Below are positions 11,279-21,415 of a stretch of DNA of 32,000 nucleotides, piece by piece (the first letter of the stretch is position 1; every line of letters starts with the position of its first letter). The stretch covers positions 1,230,001 through 1,262,000 of the forward strand of contig NC_007614.1 of NCBI RefSeq assembly GCF_000196355.1, read 5' to 3'. The translations under genes and the position numbers were made by a program. The notes under the pieces were generated by a model. That model saw nothing but the letters and a program-made list of their open reading frames with translations. It ran no database searches and was not told where the DNA came from. The stretch is from Nitrosospira multiformis ATCC 25196. GTDB taxonomy: Bacteria; Pseudomonadota; Gammaproteobacteria; Burkholderiales; Nitrosomonadaceae.

Positions 11279-11307
11279 TTTTACTAATATGGAAAACTTG
11301 CTAGAAT
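11279..11307 (+). promoter_or_regulatory. Candidate sigma70-type promoter upstream of acpP
   Basis: -10-like TAGAAT (11302-11307, 5/6 to TATAAT) with a weak -35 TTTTAC (11279-11284) at 17 nt, about 35 nt before the acpP ATG. Confidence 0.35.
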
Positions 11308-11342
11308 GGCGGCGTTTTTTCTTACGGAGAGAGGTTATCTAG

Positions 11343-11579
11343 ATGGAAAACGTGGAACAACGTATAAAAAAAATCGTAGCGGAGCAATTGGGCGTCAACG
11401 AGGCTGATGTCAAAAGCGAATCCTCCTTTGTGGATGATCTGGGGGCCGATTCGCTCGATACAGTGGAGCTTGTGATGGCGCTGGAAGAGGAATTCGAGTG
11501 CGAAATTCCTGACGAACAGGCTGAGAAAATAAATACTGTTCAACAGGCAATCGACTATATCAATTCTCACAGCAACTGA
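11343..11579 (+). CDS. acpP: Acyl carrier protein
   Basis: [52 protein letters not shown] with the DSL phosphopantetheine site. Confidence 0.98.
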   Translation: MENVEQRIKKIVAEQLGVNEADVKSESSFVDDLGADSLDTVELVMALEEEFECEIPDEQAEKINTVQQAIDYINSHSN

Positions 11580-11612
11580 TTTTGTTTCCAGTAAATCCAT
11601 ATCGGAGTCATT

Positions 11613-12860
11613 TTGTCGAAACGTAGGGTAGTGATCACCGGACTAGGCATAATCTCGCCGGTCGGTAATTCGGTTTCAGATGCCTGGGCCAATATTCTTG
11701 CCGGAAAATCCGGGGTTACTCGAATCAGCCGTTTCGACTCTTCCCCCTTCGCTTCTCAGATAGCCGGAGAAGTCAAAGGTTTTGATATCACGAATTATCT
11801 TACCGCCAAGGACGCACGTCGAATGGATGTGTTCATTCATTACGGCATGGCTGCAGGGATTCAGGCGGTAAAGGATGCGGGTATTGGAGACATAGCCGCC
11901 AGTAAGCTCGATCCTGAACGAATCGGCGTCAATATTGGCTCCGGTATCGGGGGACTGTCCATGATCGAGGGAACGTATGACGCCTATCACGCTGGTGGCG
12001 TGCGCAAGATTTCCCCATTTTTCATTCCCAGCACCATCATCAACATGATCGCAGGTAACCTGTCCATCATGTATGGTTTTCAAGGACCGAATCTGGCCAT
12101 TGTCACCGCTTGCACCACCGCTACCCACTGTGTGGGGGATTCAGCCCGGTTGATAGAATATGGCGATGTGGATGTGATGATCGCGGGTGGAGCCGAATCC
12201 TGTGTAACGCCCCTGGCGATAGGGGGATTTGCGGCAGCACGGGCGCTTTCCACCCGTAATGATGACCCTGCCACTGCCAGTCGGCCATGGGATAAGGGGC
12301 GCGATGGTTTTGTCCTGGGCGAGGGAGCCGGTGTTCTGGTGCTGGAAGAGATGGAGCATGCCCGACGTCGCGGAGCCAGGATTTATGCTGAGCTTGCCGG
12401 TTTTGGCATGAGTGCCGATGCGTACCACATGACTGCACCCTCTGAAGACGGGGAGGGCGCTGCGCGTTGCATGACGAATGCGCTCCGGAATGCCGGGCTG
12501 AACGCAGATGAGGTCGACTATATCAATGCCCATGGTACATCGACGCCATTGGGGGATGTTGCAGAAACCGTTGCAGTAAAGCGATGCTTTGGAGAGCATG
12601 CAAAACAGCTCGTGATGAATTCTACAAAATCCATGACGGGTCATCTGCTCGGTGCGGCAGGCGGGGTAGAAGCAATATTCAGTGCACTGGCCGTACACCA
12701 CCAGGTTTCACCTCCCACGATCAATATTTTCGATCAGGACCCGGAGTGCGATCTGGATTATGTTCCCAACCATGCGCGAGAAATGAAGATCGATGTGGCA
12801 ATGTCGAACTCATTTGGTTTTGGCGGCACGAATGGCACCTTGATTTTCCGAAGAGCCTGA
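11613..12860 (+). CDS. fabF: 3-oxoacyl-ACP synthase II (KAS II)
   Basis: MSKRRVVITGLGIISPVGNSVSDAW..., active site VTACTTATHCVGD, NAHGTSTPLGD, NSFGFGGTNGTLIF. Confidence 0.97.
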   Translation: MSKRRVVITGLGIISPVGNSVSDAWANILAGKSGVTRISRFDSSPFASQIAGEVKGFDITNYLTAKDARRMDVFIHYGMAAGIQAVKDAGIGDIAASKLDPERIGVNIGSGIGGLSMIEGTYDAYHAGGVRKISPFFIPSTIINMIAGNLSIMYGFQGPNLAIVTACTTATHCVGDSARLIEYGDVDVMIAGGAESCVTPLAIGGFAAARALSTRNDDPATASRPWDKGRDGFVLGEGAGVLVLEEMEHARRRGARIYAELAGFGMSADAYHMTAPSEDGEGAARCMTNALRNAGLNADEVDYINAHGTSTPLGDVAETVAVKRCFGEHAKQLVMNSTKSMTGHLLGAAGGVEAIFSALAVHHQVSPPTINIFDQDPECDLDYVPNHAREMKIDVAMSNSFGFGGTNGTLIFRRA

Positions 12861-12870
12861 TTTTTGCTTT

Positions 12871-13863
12871 GTGGCGAAACTACTGAAGCGCTTCATCCGC
12901 GTCATTTTTCTGGGAATGGCGTTCTTTTCCGCATGGGTGGGGTATAGAGTCAGCAAACCTGTTGAGCTTCCCATCGTTCCTTATGAATTTTCGATCGAGC
13001 AAGGCAGCAGTGTAAAAACCATAGCCAGTCAACTGGCGTATGCCGGTGTTTTGCCTGACGCTTGGTCTTTTGTCCTGTTGTCGCGCTTGATGGGTGTCGC
13101 TACATCGCTCAAGGCGGGGGACTATGAGCTCACTGCGAGCATTTCGCCATTTCAATTGCTACAGCGGATAACCAGGGGTGATAGCAGCCAGAGTGAAATC
13201 AGATTCATTGAGGGTTGGACGTTTTCCCAACTCAGGCGAATATTGGATGAGCACCCGGCTCTCCGTCACCAGACCACTCACCTGAGCAATGCGGAGATTC
13301 TGCGGCTGATCGGAGCAACCGAGACTGCGGCAGAGGGGCTGTTTTTTCCGGACACCTATTTCTTTGCCCGCGGGAGCAGCGATGTGGCAGTATTGAAACG
13401 CGCCTATCGCGCGATGCGCAACCACATGGATAGCGCCTGGGCACAGCGGGCAGCAAACCTTCCTCTGAAAGATCCGTACGAGGCACTGATCCTGGCATCG
13501 ATCGTTGAAAAGGAAACAGGCCGGGAGGATGATCGCGGAATGGTTGCAGCCGTGTTTATCAACCGCTTGCGGTCACGCATGTTGCTACAGACGGATCCGA
13601 CAGTTATTTATGGTCTGGGCGATAAATTCGATGGCAATCTGCGTAAAAAAGATCTCTTGAGCGACCAGGAATATAACACTTACATACGTCCTGGCTTGCC
13701 ACCAACTCCCATTGCCTTGCCTGGTTTGGCTTCAATCCGCGCCGTGCTCAACCCCGCAACGACTGACGCGCTGTATTTTGTTGCGAAAGGGAACGGAGAG
13801 TCGCATTTTTCCAGCAATCTGTCTGACCATAACCGGGCCGTTTCCAAATATCAGAAACGGTAG
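12871..13863 (+). CDS. mltG: Endolytic murein transglycosylase MltG (YceG family)
   Basis: N-terminal TM, EGWTFSQLRRIL, LFPDTYFFARG, LILASIVEKETGREDDRGMVAAVFINRL, LQTDPTVIYGLG, PTPIALPGLASIRAVLNP. Confidence 0.94.
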   Translation: MAKLLKRFIRVIFLGMAFFSAWVGYRVSKPVELPIVPYEFSIEQGSSVKTIASQLAYAGVLPDAWSFVLLSRLMGVATSLKAGDYELTASISPFQLLQRITRGDSSQSEIRFIEGWTFSQLRRILDEHPALRHQTTHLSNAEILRLIGATETAAEGLFFPDTYFFARGSSDVAVLKRAYRAMRNHMDSAWAQRAANLPLKDPYEALILASIVEKETGREDDRGMVAAVFINRLRSRMLLQTDPTVIYGLGDKFDGNLRKKDLLSDQEYNTYIRPGLPPTPIALPGLASIRAVLNPATTDALYFVAKGNGESHFSSNLSDHNRAVSKYQKR

Positions 13864-13959
13864 CATCCGCTCCCATGACATATGTGTACCCGCACTCGTG
13901 AAAGGTAGCACTTTTTCCCTTATTTAATCCTGATTTCAACCCCTTTCGCAAAAGTTAAA

Positions 13960-13988
13960 TTGAATATTACCTTCTTCAAAAGTAAAAT
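13960..13988 (+). promoter_or_regulatory. Candidate sigma70-type promoter for the malyl-CoA lyase gene
   Basis: TTGAAT (13960-13965), 17-nt spacer, TAAAAT (13983-13988): 4/6 and 5/6 matches in an AT-rich stretch 120 nt before the ATG. Confidence 0.5.
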
Positions 13989-14108
13989 AGTGCGTTATTT
14001 ATCACAACGATAAGCAGAGCTGAGCCGGATGTCTTCAGCCATCCGGGCCGCGCCAGTTCCCCTCCCCATCAGTCTCCAAAATTAAATAACTCAATCAGGA
14101 AGGAGCAA

Positions 14109-15059
14109 ATGAGTCATACACTATATGAAGCCTCTGTCATTCGTGTGCAACGATGCGAACTGGCTGTTCCCGGTTCAAATCCTGGCATGTTCGAGAAAGC
14201 CCTGAAAAGCGGGGTAGATTTCGTTTTTCTCGATCTCGAAGACGCCGTTGCCCCGGATGACAAGCTGACTGCGCGAAAAAACGTTATCGAGGCGCTCAAC
14301 GACCTGGATTGGAGAGGTCACGGGGTGACTGTTTCAGTACGGATAAACGGTCTGGATACCCAGTTCATGGTTCGTGATGTGGTGGATGTGGTCGAAAAAG
14401 CAGGCCATAAACTGGATACCATACTGATCCCGAAGGTGGGAGTATATTCTGATGTCTATATGGTTGAAGCCATGCTCAACCAGCTGGAGATGCAGCAGGG
14501 ATTGAAAAACCGGATAGGCATTGAAGCATTGATTGAAACGGCCCTGGGTATGGCGAATGTGGAAGACATCGCGCGCCATGGTGTGCGCGGACGGCTGGAG
14601 GCGCTCCACTTCGGGGTGGCGGATTACGCGGCCAGCAATCGCGCCAGAACGACAAATATCGGCGGCCTCAATCCGGACTATCCTGGGGACCAGTGGCATG
14701 CCGCCATCAGCCGGATGACTGTCGCCTGCCGTGCCTATGGTTTAAGGCCGATAGATGGTCCTTTTGGCGATATCCAGGATCCGGAAGGCTATAAAGCGGC
14801 GGCCCGACGAGCTGCCGCTTTGGGCTGTGAAGGTAAATGGGCTATCCATCCGTCGCAAATCGATCTTGCCAACGAGGTTTTCACGCCACCTCCATCCGAA
14901 GTTGAAAAAGCACAACGTATCCTTGCGGCATTGCAGGAAGCGGCAGCTCAAGGGAAAGGGGCAGCTGCGCTGGACGGGCGCCTGATCGATGCCGCATCCG
15001 CAAGAATGGCCAATAACGTGGTAAAAATGGCAGAGGCGATAGGCGCAACCGCGACATAG
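14109..15059 (+). CDS. mcl: HpcH/HpaI-family CoA ester lyase, probable malyl-CoA lyase
   Basis: ELAVPGSNPGMFEKALKSGVDFVFLDLEDAVAPDDK, IGIEALIETALGMANVEDIA, GCEGKWAIHPSQI; located immediately before mtkAB-like genes. GGAGGAGC-like Shine-Dalgarno. Confidence 0.85.
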   Translation: MSHTLYEASVIRVQRCELAVPGSNPGMFEKALKSGVDFVFLDLEDAVAPDDKLTARKNVIEALNDLDWRGHGVTVSVRINGLDTQFMVRDVVDVVEKAGHKLDTILIPKVGVYSDVYMVEAMLNQLEMQQGLKNRIGIEALIETALGMANVEDIARHGVRGRLEALHFGVADYAASNRARTTNIGGLNPDYPGDQWHAAISRMTVACRAYGLRPIDGPFGDIQDPEGYKAAARRAAALGCEGKWAIHPSQIDLANEVFTPPPSEVEKAQRILAALQEAAAQGKGAAALDGRLIDAASARMANNVVKMAEAIGATAT

Positions 15060-15065
15060 CCTTCC

Positions 15066-15092
15066 GACCGCATCGAGCGGTCTTTCTTTTTC
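15066..15092 (+). terminator. Rho-independent terminator after the malyl-CoA lyase gene
   Basis: GACCGC (15066-15071) - ATCGA - GCGGTC (15077-15082) followed by TTTCTTTTTC. Confidence 0.75.
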
Positions 15093-15276
15093 TCCTGATC
15101 CTGCCGGTGGAGACACTCAGGTTGGCCGGTACATTACTGTGAAGTGTGAAGCCGTTTCCATCAGGCAGGTTCGCTTTGTGCTTGAGCAATTCAAGGAATC
15201 CATGAAGCCTCCTGAATTGCGAGAGTCATGACCCCGGGGAATAGTGAAAATCATTGTTGATAAATAAGGTGACGCA

Positions 15277-16467
15277 TTGGATATACATGAGTATCAGGCA
15301 AAAGAAATTTTAATGAGGTATGGGGTCAAGATAGCGGAAGGGGGGTTGGCATATACGATAGAAGAAAGTGTGCAGCGTGCCAGGGAAATCGACGGCAATG
15401 TATGGGTGGTGAAGGCGCAGATCCATTCGGGGGGGCGGGGCAAGGCGGGCGGCATCAAGGTATGCAGGACTCATGACGAAGTCCGGGCAGCCTCTGAGGA
15501 GTTGCTGGGAAAGATTCTGGTGACCCGTCAGACCGGAGCCGTGGGGAAGGTGTGTACACGGGTATATGTGGAAGCGGGCACGCACATTGCCAGGGAGATG
15601 TATCTCTGCTTTCTGATAGACAGGAGTTCGGAGCGCATCGTCATGATAGGCTCGGGGCAGGGTGGAATGGAAATCGAGGAACTGGCTCACACAAATCCTC
15701 AGGCCATCAAGAAGATTTTTATCGAACCCGCAGTTGGGTTGCAGGATTTTCAAGCGAGAGAGATGGCTTTTGCACTAGGGGTGGAAGCGGCACAACTGCC
15801 TCATGCCGTTAAAACCATTCGGGGGTGTTACCGCGCCTTGCGTGATCTGGATGCGAACATGGTGGAAATCAACCCCCTCGTGATCACTGGGAGCGGCGAA
15901 CTTCTTGCTCTTGACGCAAAAATGAGCTTCGACGAAAACGCCTTGTTTCGCCGGCACGAGGTTGCCGAATTGCGTGATAAAACACAAGCCGATCCTCGGG
16001 AGGTGGCAGCCTCCGATCATGGCTTGAGCTACATCGGATTGAACGGTGACATCGGATGCATGATAAACGGCGCCGGGCTTGCCATGGCAACGATGGATAT
16101 GATCAAGCTCGCGGGCGGCGAGCCGGCAAATTTCCTTGATGTGGGAGGAGGGGCGTCCGCGGAGCGTACGGAAAAGGCGTTTCGCCTGGTTTTGGCTGAT
16201 AAAGGAGTCAAGGCGATGCTGGTCAATATTTTTGCAGGTATTAATCGCTGCGACTGGATTGCGCAAGGCGTCGTGCAGGCGGTAAGAAATATCGATATGA
16301 AAATCCCGCTGGTCGTGCGCTTGTCCGGTACAAATGTCGAGGAGGGCCAGCGGATCATTGCCGAAAGCGGTTTGCCGATCATCACAGCGGGAACGCTGGC
16401 GGAAGCAGCGGAGAAGGTTGTCCAGGCGCGCAATGGCGCGGTTGCGGAAGAGTGCAAAGGGATATAA
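15277..16467 (+). CDS. mtkA: ATP-grasp acyl-CoA ligase beta subunit, probable malate-CoA ligase (malate thiokinase)
   Basis: [105 protein letters not shown]. Neighbouring malyl-CoA lyase favours malate over succinate specificity, which sequence alone cannot prove. Confidence 0.82.
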   Translation: MDIHEYQAKEILMRYGVKIAEGGLAYTIEESVQRAREIDGNVWVVKAQIHSGGRGKAGGIKVCRTHDEVRAASEELLGKILVTRQTGAVGKVCTRVYVEAGTHIAREMYLCFLIDRSSERIVMIGSGQGGMEIEELAHTNPQAIKKIFIEPAVGLQDFQAREMAFALGVEAAQLPHAVKTIRGCYRALRDLDANMVEINPLVITGSGELLALDAKMSFDENALFRRHEVAELRDKTQADPREVAASDHGLSYIGLNGDIGCMINGAGLAMATMDMIKLAGGEPANFLDVGGGASAERTEKAFRLVLADKGVKAMLVNIFAGINRCDWIAQGVVQAVRNIDMKIPLVVRLSGTNVEEGQRIIAESGLPIITAGTLAEAAEKVVQARNGAVAEECKGI

Positions 16468-17355
16468 ATGGCGATTTTAATTGATGAGAACACACGGATC
16501 ATAGTTCAGGGTTTCACCGGCAAGATCGGTACCTTTCATGCACAGGATATGATCAATTACGGTTCCAACATTGTCGGCGGCGTAACCCCCGGTAAAGGGG
16601 GGCAACAGCATCTGGGGCGACCGGTTTTCAATACGGTGAAAGAGGCTGTTCAGCAAGTCGGTGCGAATGCAAGCATCGTGTTTGTGCCTCCGGCATTTGC
16701 AGCGGACTCGATCATGGAAGCAGCCGACGCAGGCATCAAATATTGCGTTGCCATTACTGACGGTATTCCTACGCAGGATATGATGACGGTCAAGAACTTT
16801 TTACGCCGCTTTCCTATCGAAGAACGCATGGTACTTACCGGGCCGAATTGTGCGGGTACGATCAGCCCGGGCAGGGCGATGCTGGGAATCATGCCGGGCC
16901 ATATCTACATGGCGGGTGATGTGGGCGTCGTTGGCCGTTCCGGAACCTTGGGGTATGAAGCCGCAGATCAAATGCGGACATTGGGCATCGGCATATCGAC
17001 ATCGGTCGGGATTGGCGGAGACCCGATTATTGGCAGTTCCCATCGCGATATTCTGGAGAGATTCGAAGAGGATCCCGAAACAAAAGTAGTGGTCATGATT
17101 GGAGAAATTGGAGGACCCCAGGAAGTCGAGGCAGGCATTTTCTCCAGAGACTACATGAGCAAACCCCTGGTGGCGTATATTGCCGGACTGACCGCACCGG
17201 AAGGGCGTCGCATGGGACATGCGGGTGCGATTATCTCCGCGGCGGGTGAAAGCGCTGCGGAAAAAGTTGCCATCTTGAAAGAACTTGGGGTCACCATTTC
17301 CCCCACTCCTTCAGCCATAGGGGAGACAGTCGCAAAGGTCTTGGCTAAGATGTAA
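16468..17355 (+). CDS. mtkB: Acyl-CoA ligase alpha subunit, probable malate-CoA ligase (malate thiokinase)
   Basis: MAILIDENTRIIVQGFTGKIGTFHAQDMINYGSNIVGGVTPGKGG, LTGPNCAGTISPG, MGEIGGPQEVEAG-like MIGEIGGPQEVEAG, GRRMGHAGAIIS. Confidence 0.82.
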   Translation: MAILIDENTRIIVQGFTGKIGTFHAQDMINYGSNIVGGVTPGKGGQQHLGRPVFNTVKEAVQQVGANASIVFVPPAFAADSIMEAADAGIKYCVAITDGIPTQDMMTVKNFLRRFPIEERMVLTGPNCAGTISPGRAMLGIMPGHIYMAGDVGVVGRSGTLGYEAADQMRTLGIGISTSVGIGGDPIIGSSHRDILERFEEDPETKVVVMIGEIGGPQEVEAGIFSRDYMSKPLVAYIAGLTAPEGRRMGHAGAIISAAGESAAEKVAILKELGVTISPTPSAIGETVAKVLAKM

Positions 17356-17407
17356 GCGCGCAAAAGATTTTGCCCCGCACTTTTTGAAATGAACGTGGAG
17401 GCTTGAT

Positions 17408-17779
17408 ATGTCAATCTGGATGACAGCGTTAAAAATCATTCCCTGGGGGAATGTGGTGGAATCCGCACCGCATATCGTAAAGGCGGCCAAACACCTTTTT
17501 TCTGCCACAAAGAAGGAAACAGCCGATTTCTCGGCCGATTGGCAGACAGGAGATATCTCCGGCAGCCTGGATAAACGCGTTCGTTTCTTGGAGGCAAAAC
17601 TCATCGAGTTGAGCGATGAGCAAAGGTCTTCTGCCGAATTGATAAAGTCGCTCGCCGAGCAGAACGCCCTGATGGTCGAGGCAATCGAGGTTTTTCGAGT
17701 TCGTGTGAAAATGTTGCTTACTGTTTGTATCCTGCTTCTGGGGGGGTTTGCCGCTGTCATATTCAGGCTCGTGGTCTGA
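17408..17779 (+). CDS. Small hypothetical protein: charged/helical body and C-terminal TM segment
   Basis: 123 aa; C-terminal VKMLLTVCILLLGGFAAVIFRLVV; body rich in Glu/Lys/Leu (RVRFLEAKLIELSDEQRSSAELIKSLAEQNALMVEAIEVF). No family recognised. Confidence 0.65.
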   Translation: MSIWMTALKIIPWGNVVESAPHIVKAAKHLFSATKKETADFSADWQTGDISGSLDKRVRFLEAKLIELSDEQRSSAELIKSLAEQNALMVEAIEVFRVRVKMLLTVCILLLGGFAAVIFRLVV

Positions 17780-18067
17780 TTTCAATTTTCTTGACATGGG
17801 ATGTGTGTCCGGTTAGGCTACGCGCTGTTTTGGTCTGACCCCGTTACGTGGGTCTTTCCGGGCGCAGCGGATATGTGCAGGGGAGGCCGTATTCAATATG
17901 GATGCGGTGATGCAGATATCCGGGGAACATTGAATGATTTCGCGGAATTGCAGCATTTTTTGCGCCTTCCGGTTATCCCGATTTTACTCTGCGACGTCCT
18001 TTCGCAAGGACTTGTTCAACGTTCCTGATAAACAACAACATCATTACGGAGTAAAGGAGAGAAGCAG

Positions 18068-19780
18068 ATGTTAATGAAGCCTTGGCTGAGGCTGGTTACG
18101 CTTGCGTGTGGGGTGCTGTTTGCGGGCGCCACGTGGGCTAACTTTCCCAGCGTTCCCAAAGAGACGTATAAGGCGCTGAAGCTGGAGCAGTCGGCCTCGC
18201 CGAAGGAACTGCATTCGGCGCTGGTGAAGCGATACAAGGATCCTGCGCAGGGAGCGGGGCGCGGCACGCTGGCGAAGTACTGGGAGCCGATCCCGATGAG
18301 CATGTACTTTGACCCTGCCTCGTACTACAAGCCGCCGACCTCGATGAAGGAAGTAGCGGCGCGTGAGGAATGCGTCAAATGCCACACGGACGAATCGCCG
18401 GTATGGGTGAGTGCGTGGAAGCGGAGCACGCACGCGAACCTGGACAAGATCCGGAACCTGAAGCCTGAAGACCCGACGTACTACAAGAAGGCGAAGCTTG
18501 AAGACGTGGAGAAGAATCTTCGCTCGATGGGCAAGCTTGGGGCCAACGACAAGCTCAAGGAAGTAGGATGCATCGACTGTCACGTTGACATCAACAAGAA
18601 GGACAAGGCAGACCACATGAAGGATCTGCGGATGCCGACGGCGGACGTATGCGGCACCTGCCACCTGCAGGAATTTGCCGAACGCGAATCCGAGCGCGAC
18701 ACGCTGGTATGGCCGAACAAGCAATGGCCGCAGGGACGCCCCTCGCACTCGCTGGACTGGAAGGCCAACGTAGAAGTAGCGGTATTTGCCTCCATGCCGC
18801 AGCGCGAGATTGCCGAAGGCTGCAGCATGTGCCACACCAACCAGAACAAATGCGACTCCTGCCACACGCGGCACGAATTCTCTGCTGCCGAGTCGCGTCA
18901 TCCTGAAGCGTGCGCCACCTGCCACAGCGGGGTAGACCACAACAACTGGGAAGCCTACTCCATGAGCAAGCACGGCAAGACCGTAGCGATCATGGGGGAC
19001 AAGTGGAACTGGAATGCGCCGCTCAAGGACGCCTACACCAAGGGCGGGCAGACTGCGCCCACCTGTGCCGGCTGCCACTTCGAATATGAAGGCAAGTACA
19101 GCCACAACGTCGTGAGGAAGATACGCTGGGCCAACTACCCTGCGGTTCCCGGCATAGCCGAGAACATCAACAGCGAATGGTCGGAAGCGCGGCTTGACTC
19201 CTGGGTCAAGACCTGCACCTCCTGCCACTCCGAGCGTTTTGCCCGCTCCTATCTTGAATTCATGGACAAGGGCACGCTGCACGGCATCGCCAAGTACAAG
19301 GAAGCGCACGCGGTGGCTGAGAAGCTCTACAAGGAAGGGCTGCTGACCGGCCAGAAGACCAACCGTCCGACGCCGCTGCCGCCCGACAAGGAAATGTTCG
19401 CAGGCTTCACCCAGCTCTACTGGAGCAAGGACAACAACCCTGCTGCGATCGAGCTCAAGGTACTGGAAATGGGAGAGAACAACCTTCCCAAACTGCACGT
19501 AGGGCTGGCGCACGTCAACCCGGGCGGCTGGACCTATACCGAAGGCTGGGGCCCGATGAACCGCGACTACGTCGAAGTCATGGACGAGAACACCAAGATC
19601 CGTGAAATGGCGGCGTTGCAGGCGAAGGTAGCGAAGCTCGAGGCCAAGCGCAAGGCAAGCCTGTTCGACCTTGACAGCAGCGAGAAGCTCTCGCTTGGCG
19701 GTCTGGGTGGCGGCATGCTGCTAGCTGGCACGCTTGCCCTGGCAGGCTGGCGCCGGCGCGAGAAAAGCGAGCGTCAGTAA
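18068..19780 (+). CDS. haoA: Hydroxylamine oxidoreductase (octaheme cytochrome)
   Basis: 570 aa with signal peptide and eight CXXCH motifs (CVKCH, CIDCH, CGTCH, CSMCH, CDSCH, CATCH, CAGCH, CTSCH); strong GGAG Shine-Dalgarno; followed by haoB, cycA, cycB. Confidence 0.98.
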   Translation: MLMKPWLRLVTLACGVLFAGATWANFPSVPKETYKALKLEQSASPKELHSALVKRYKDPAQGAGRGTLAKYWEPIPMSMYFDPASYYKPPTSMKEVAAREECVKCHTDESPVWVSAWKRSTHANLDKIRNLKPEDPTYYKKAKLEDVEKNLRSMGKLGANDKLKEVGCIDCHVDINKKDKADHMKDLRMPTADVCGTCHLQEFAERESERDTLVWPNKQWPQGRPSHSLDWKANVEVAVFASMPQREIAEGCSMCHTNQNKCDSCHTRHEFSAAESRHPEACATCHSGVDHNNWEAYSMSKHGKTVAIMGDKWNWNAPLKDAYTKGGQTAPTCAGCHFEYEGKYSHNVVRKIRWANYPAVPGIAENINSEWSEARLDSWVKTCTSCHSERFARSYLEFMDKGTLHGIAKYKEAHAVAEKLYKEGLLTGQKTNRPTPLPPDKEMFAGFTQLYWSKDNNPAAIELKVLEMGENNLPKLHVGLAHVNPGGWTYTEGWGPMNRDYVEVMDENTKIREMAALQAKVAKLEAKRKASLFDLDSSEKLSLGGLGGGMLLAGTLALAGWRRREKSERQ

Positions 19781-19812
19781 GCACTATCAGCACTGAAGGT
19801 TAGATAACAAGT

Positions 19813-20928
19813 TTGACAGCCTCAACTTCCAGCCGCGCCGCTGCCCCCACCCCGGGGGCGCGGCCTGGCTCTAAACTCCTCCCCTCACTGGGCATTCTCC
19901 TGGTGGCGGGAGGAATTCTTTTGCTCCTGTGGTTTGCCTGGGCATGGTTCAATCCCGGGCCTGCCCCCTACCGCTACCAGCTGGCGGAAGAAGGCAGCGC
20001 AGACAAATTCCCGCAGCTTGGACTGGGCAAGTGGCCGGACCTTTCCATTGCCCGGTATGAAGTCTTTGCCGAAGACATTCCCCAGCCGCTGGCGGTGCTG
20101 CATGCGGCACGTCAGGCCAATGGCCCGCAGGTGAGGCTCGACTGGGAAAACCGCACGAGTGAGCTGCTGCTCACGACCGATCTCAAACTCAACGAACTGG
20201 CCACTCTGGCTGCCGCCATCGACAAGTACGCGGGCAAGGATGCGCTGGTGCTTGGCTGGTGGGACACCTCGCGCCAGCTCAAGCTTCTCTCGAAGCGCGA
20301 CACCCTGTTCAGCGGACAGTTCTCCGATTACCTCGTCATACCGACGCCGTGGCAGAAGCAGGCTGACGCCATCCGCAAATACGAAGACGACTTCTGGGGC
20401 GGCAAGGCAGGACGGGAAGAAGAGCAGAAATTCGAGCGCTTTGCCGATGCCCTGATGGCCGAACCTCAAGCGGGGGCTGCCATCCTGCGCGAACTGGCGG
20501 GCGATCGCGAAGCCTATCTTGCCATTCATGTCACCGACCTGTACAAGCTTGGCGTCATGCGTCCGGGGCGGTTCGACGTTGCCTATCGCAACTTCCCCAT
20601 GGAAGGCAACATGCATGGCATGGTCGACTATCTCAAGCGATGGGTGCTGGACAACAACTACAAGACCTACACCCTGCAATCCCTCTCGGACAGGCTGGTG
20701 CGCGGCTACTTCCTCAAGGATGACAAAAGCGACCAGACCCTGATTGCGCAGATGCTGCCCTTCACCCAGTCGATGCCGCTTGACCTGACCGCGGTGCAGC
20801 TCATCTACCAGACCGGGGGCTACTGGGTGTACAGGATACCGGGCGGCAAGGAACCTGCCTCAGCCGGCGCCACCCCGGAGGATGCCGCCTCCTTTCCGGC
20901 GCCCGTCCTGCCTCCGGCCGCCGAGTAA
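19813..20928 (+). CDS. haoB: HaoB (Orf2) conserved protein of the hydroxylamine oxidation cluster
   Basis: 371 aa, one N-terminal TM (LLPSLGILLVAGGILLLLWFAWAWF) and a large soluble domain, directly downstream of haoA as in known nitrifier clusters. Confidence 0.85.
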   Translation: MTASTSSRAAAPTPGARPGSKLLPSLGILLVAGGILLLLWFAWAWFNPGPAPYRYQLAEEGSADKFPQLGLGKWPDLSIARYEVFAEDIPQPLAVLHAARQANGPQVRLDWENRTSELLLTTDLKLNELATLAAAIDKYAGKDALVLGWWDTSRQLKLLSKRDTLFSGQFSDYLVIPTPWQKQADAIRKYEDDFWGGKAGREEEQKFERFADALMAEPQAGAAILRELAGDREAYLAIHVTDLYKLGVMRPGRFDVAYRNFPMEGNMHGMVDYLKRWVLDNNYKTYTLQSLSDRLVRGYFLKDDKSDQTLIAQMLPFTQSMPLDLTAVQLIYQTGGYWVYRIPGGKEPASAGATPEDAASFPAPVLPPAAE

Positions 20929-21024
20929 ATCCGCTATCGCGGTTGACGCAAACGGCACAGGTTAATGACCACCCACTTCTGCCGACAACCGCATCTGTAG
21001 GGCCACCTCATCAAACGTAGCAAC

Positions 21025-21056
21025 ACAGCCCGGCTTTGCCCGGGCTGTTTTTATTT
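21025..21056 (+). terminator. Rho-independent terminator downstream of haoB
   Basis: ACAGCCCGG (21025-21033) - CTTTGC - CCGGGCTGT (21040-21048), followed by TTTTATTT. Confidence 0.85.
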
Positions 21057-21415
21057 ACCTGAAGCAGGCCAGGTTCTGCCTGACAGCTTGTTGAGTCCTG
21101 ATTCAGAATGCGGAACAGGTCATGTCTGTTGCCCGCGTTTCTTCCATTCATCTGTAGCCCTTGTCCCCGACCGACGCTGAGCCTGTCGCAGATCCTCTGC
21201 GCATCTGCACCCGGCACGGCCGCGGTACTTCTCAAGGCGATCGAACTGCAAAGCGGCCTGCACGGGAACAAGGATTTTTGCTGTAGCAAGCCGAAACACG
21301 ATACCGGATATAAGCTGCGGGAAGGGATCGCGCGTGGGAAAAAAGAATTCGGCGACGATACAGCCATGCATCCGTACACTTTGTATCAGGCGCGATCCCG
21401 GCGCCCCCCCGCTGC

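Noticed and set aside
17793-17821. TTGACA with TAGGCT at 17 nt upstream of haoA
   Set aside because: The -35 is perfect but the -10 matches only 3/6 and it lies about 250 nt from the start codon; not enough to call the haoA promoter.
17801-18028. 75-aa ORF in the haoA leader
   Set aside because: Short, unusual composition, no recognised motif; more likely untranslated upstream DNA of haoA.
18071-19513. 480-aa minus-strand ORF antisense to haoA
   Set aside because: haoA is certain (eight CXXCH motifs, signal peptide). The antisense frame is open because of strong GC-rich codon bias; its translation is low-complexity and shows no family features.
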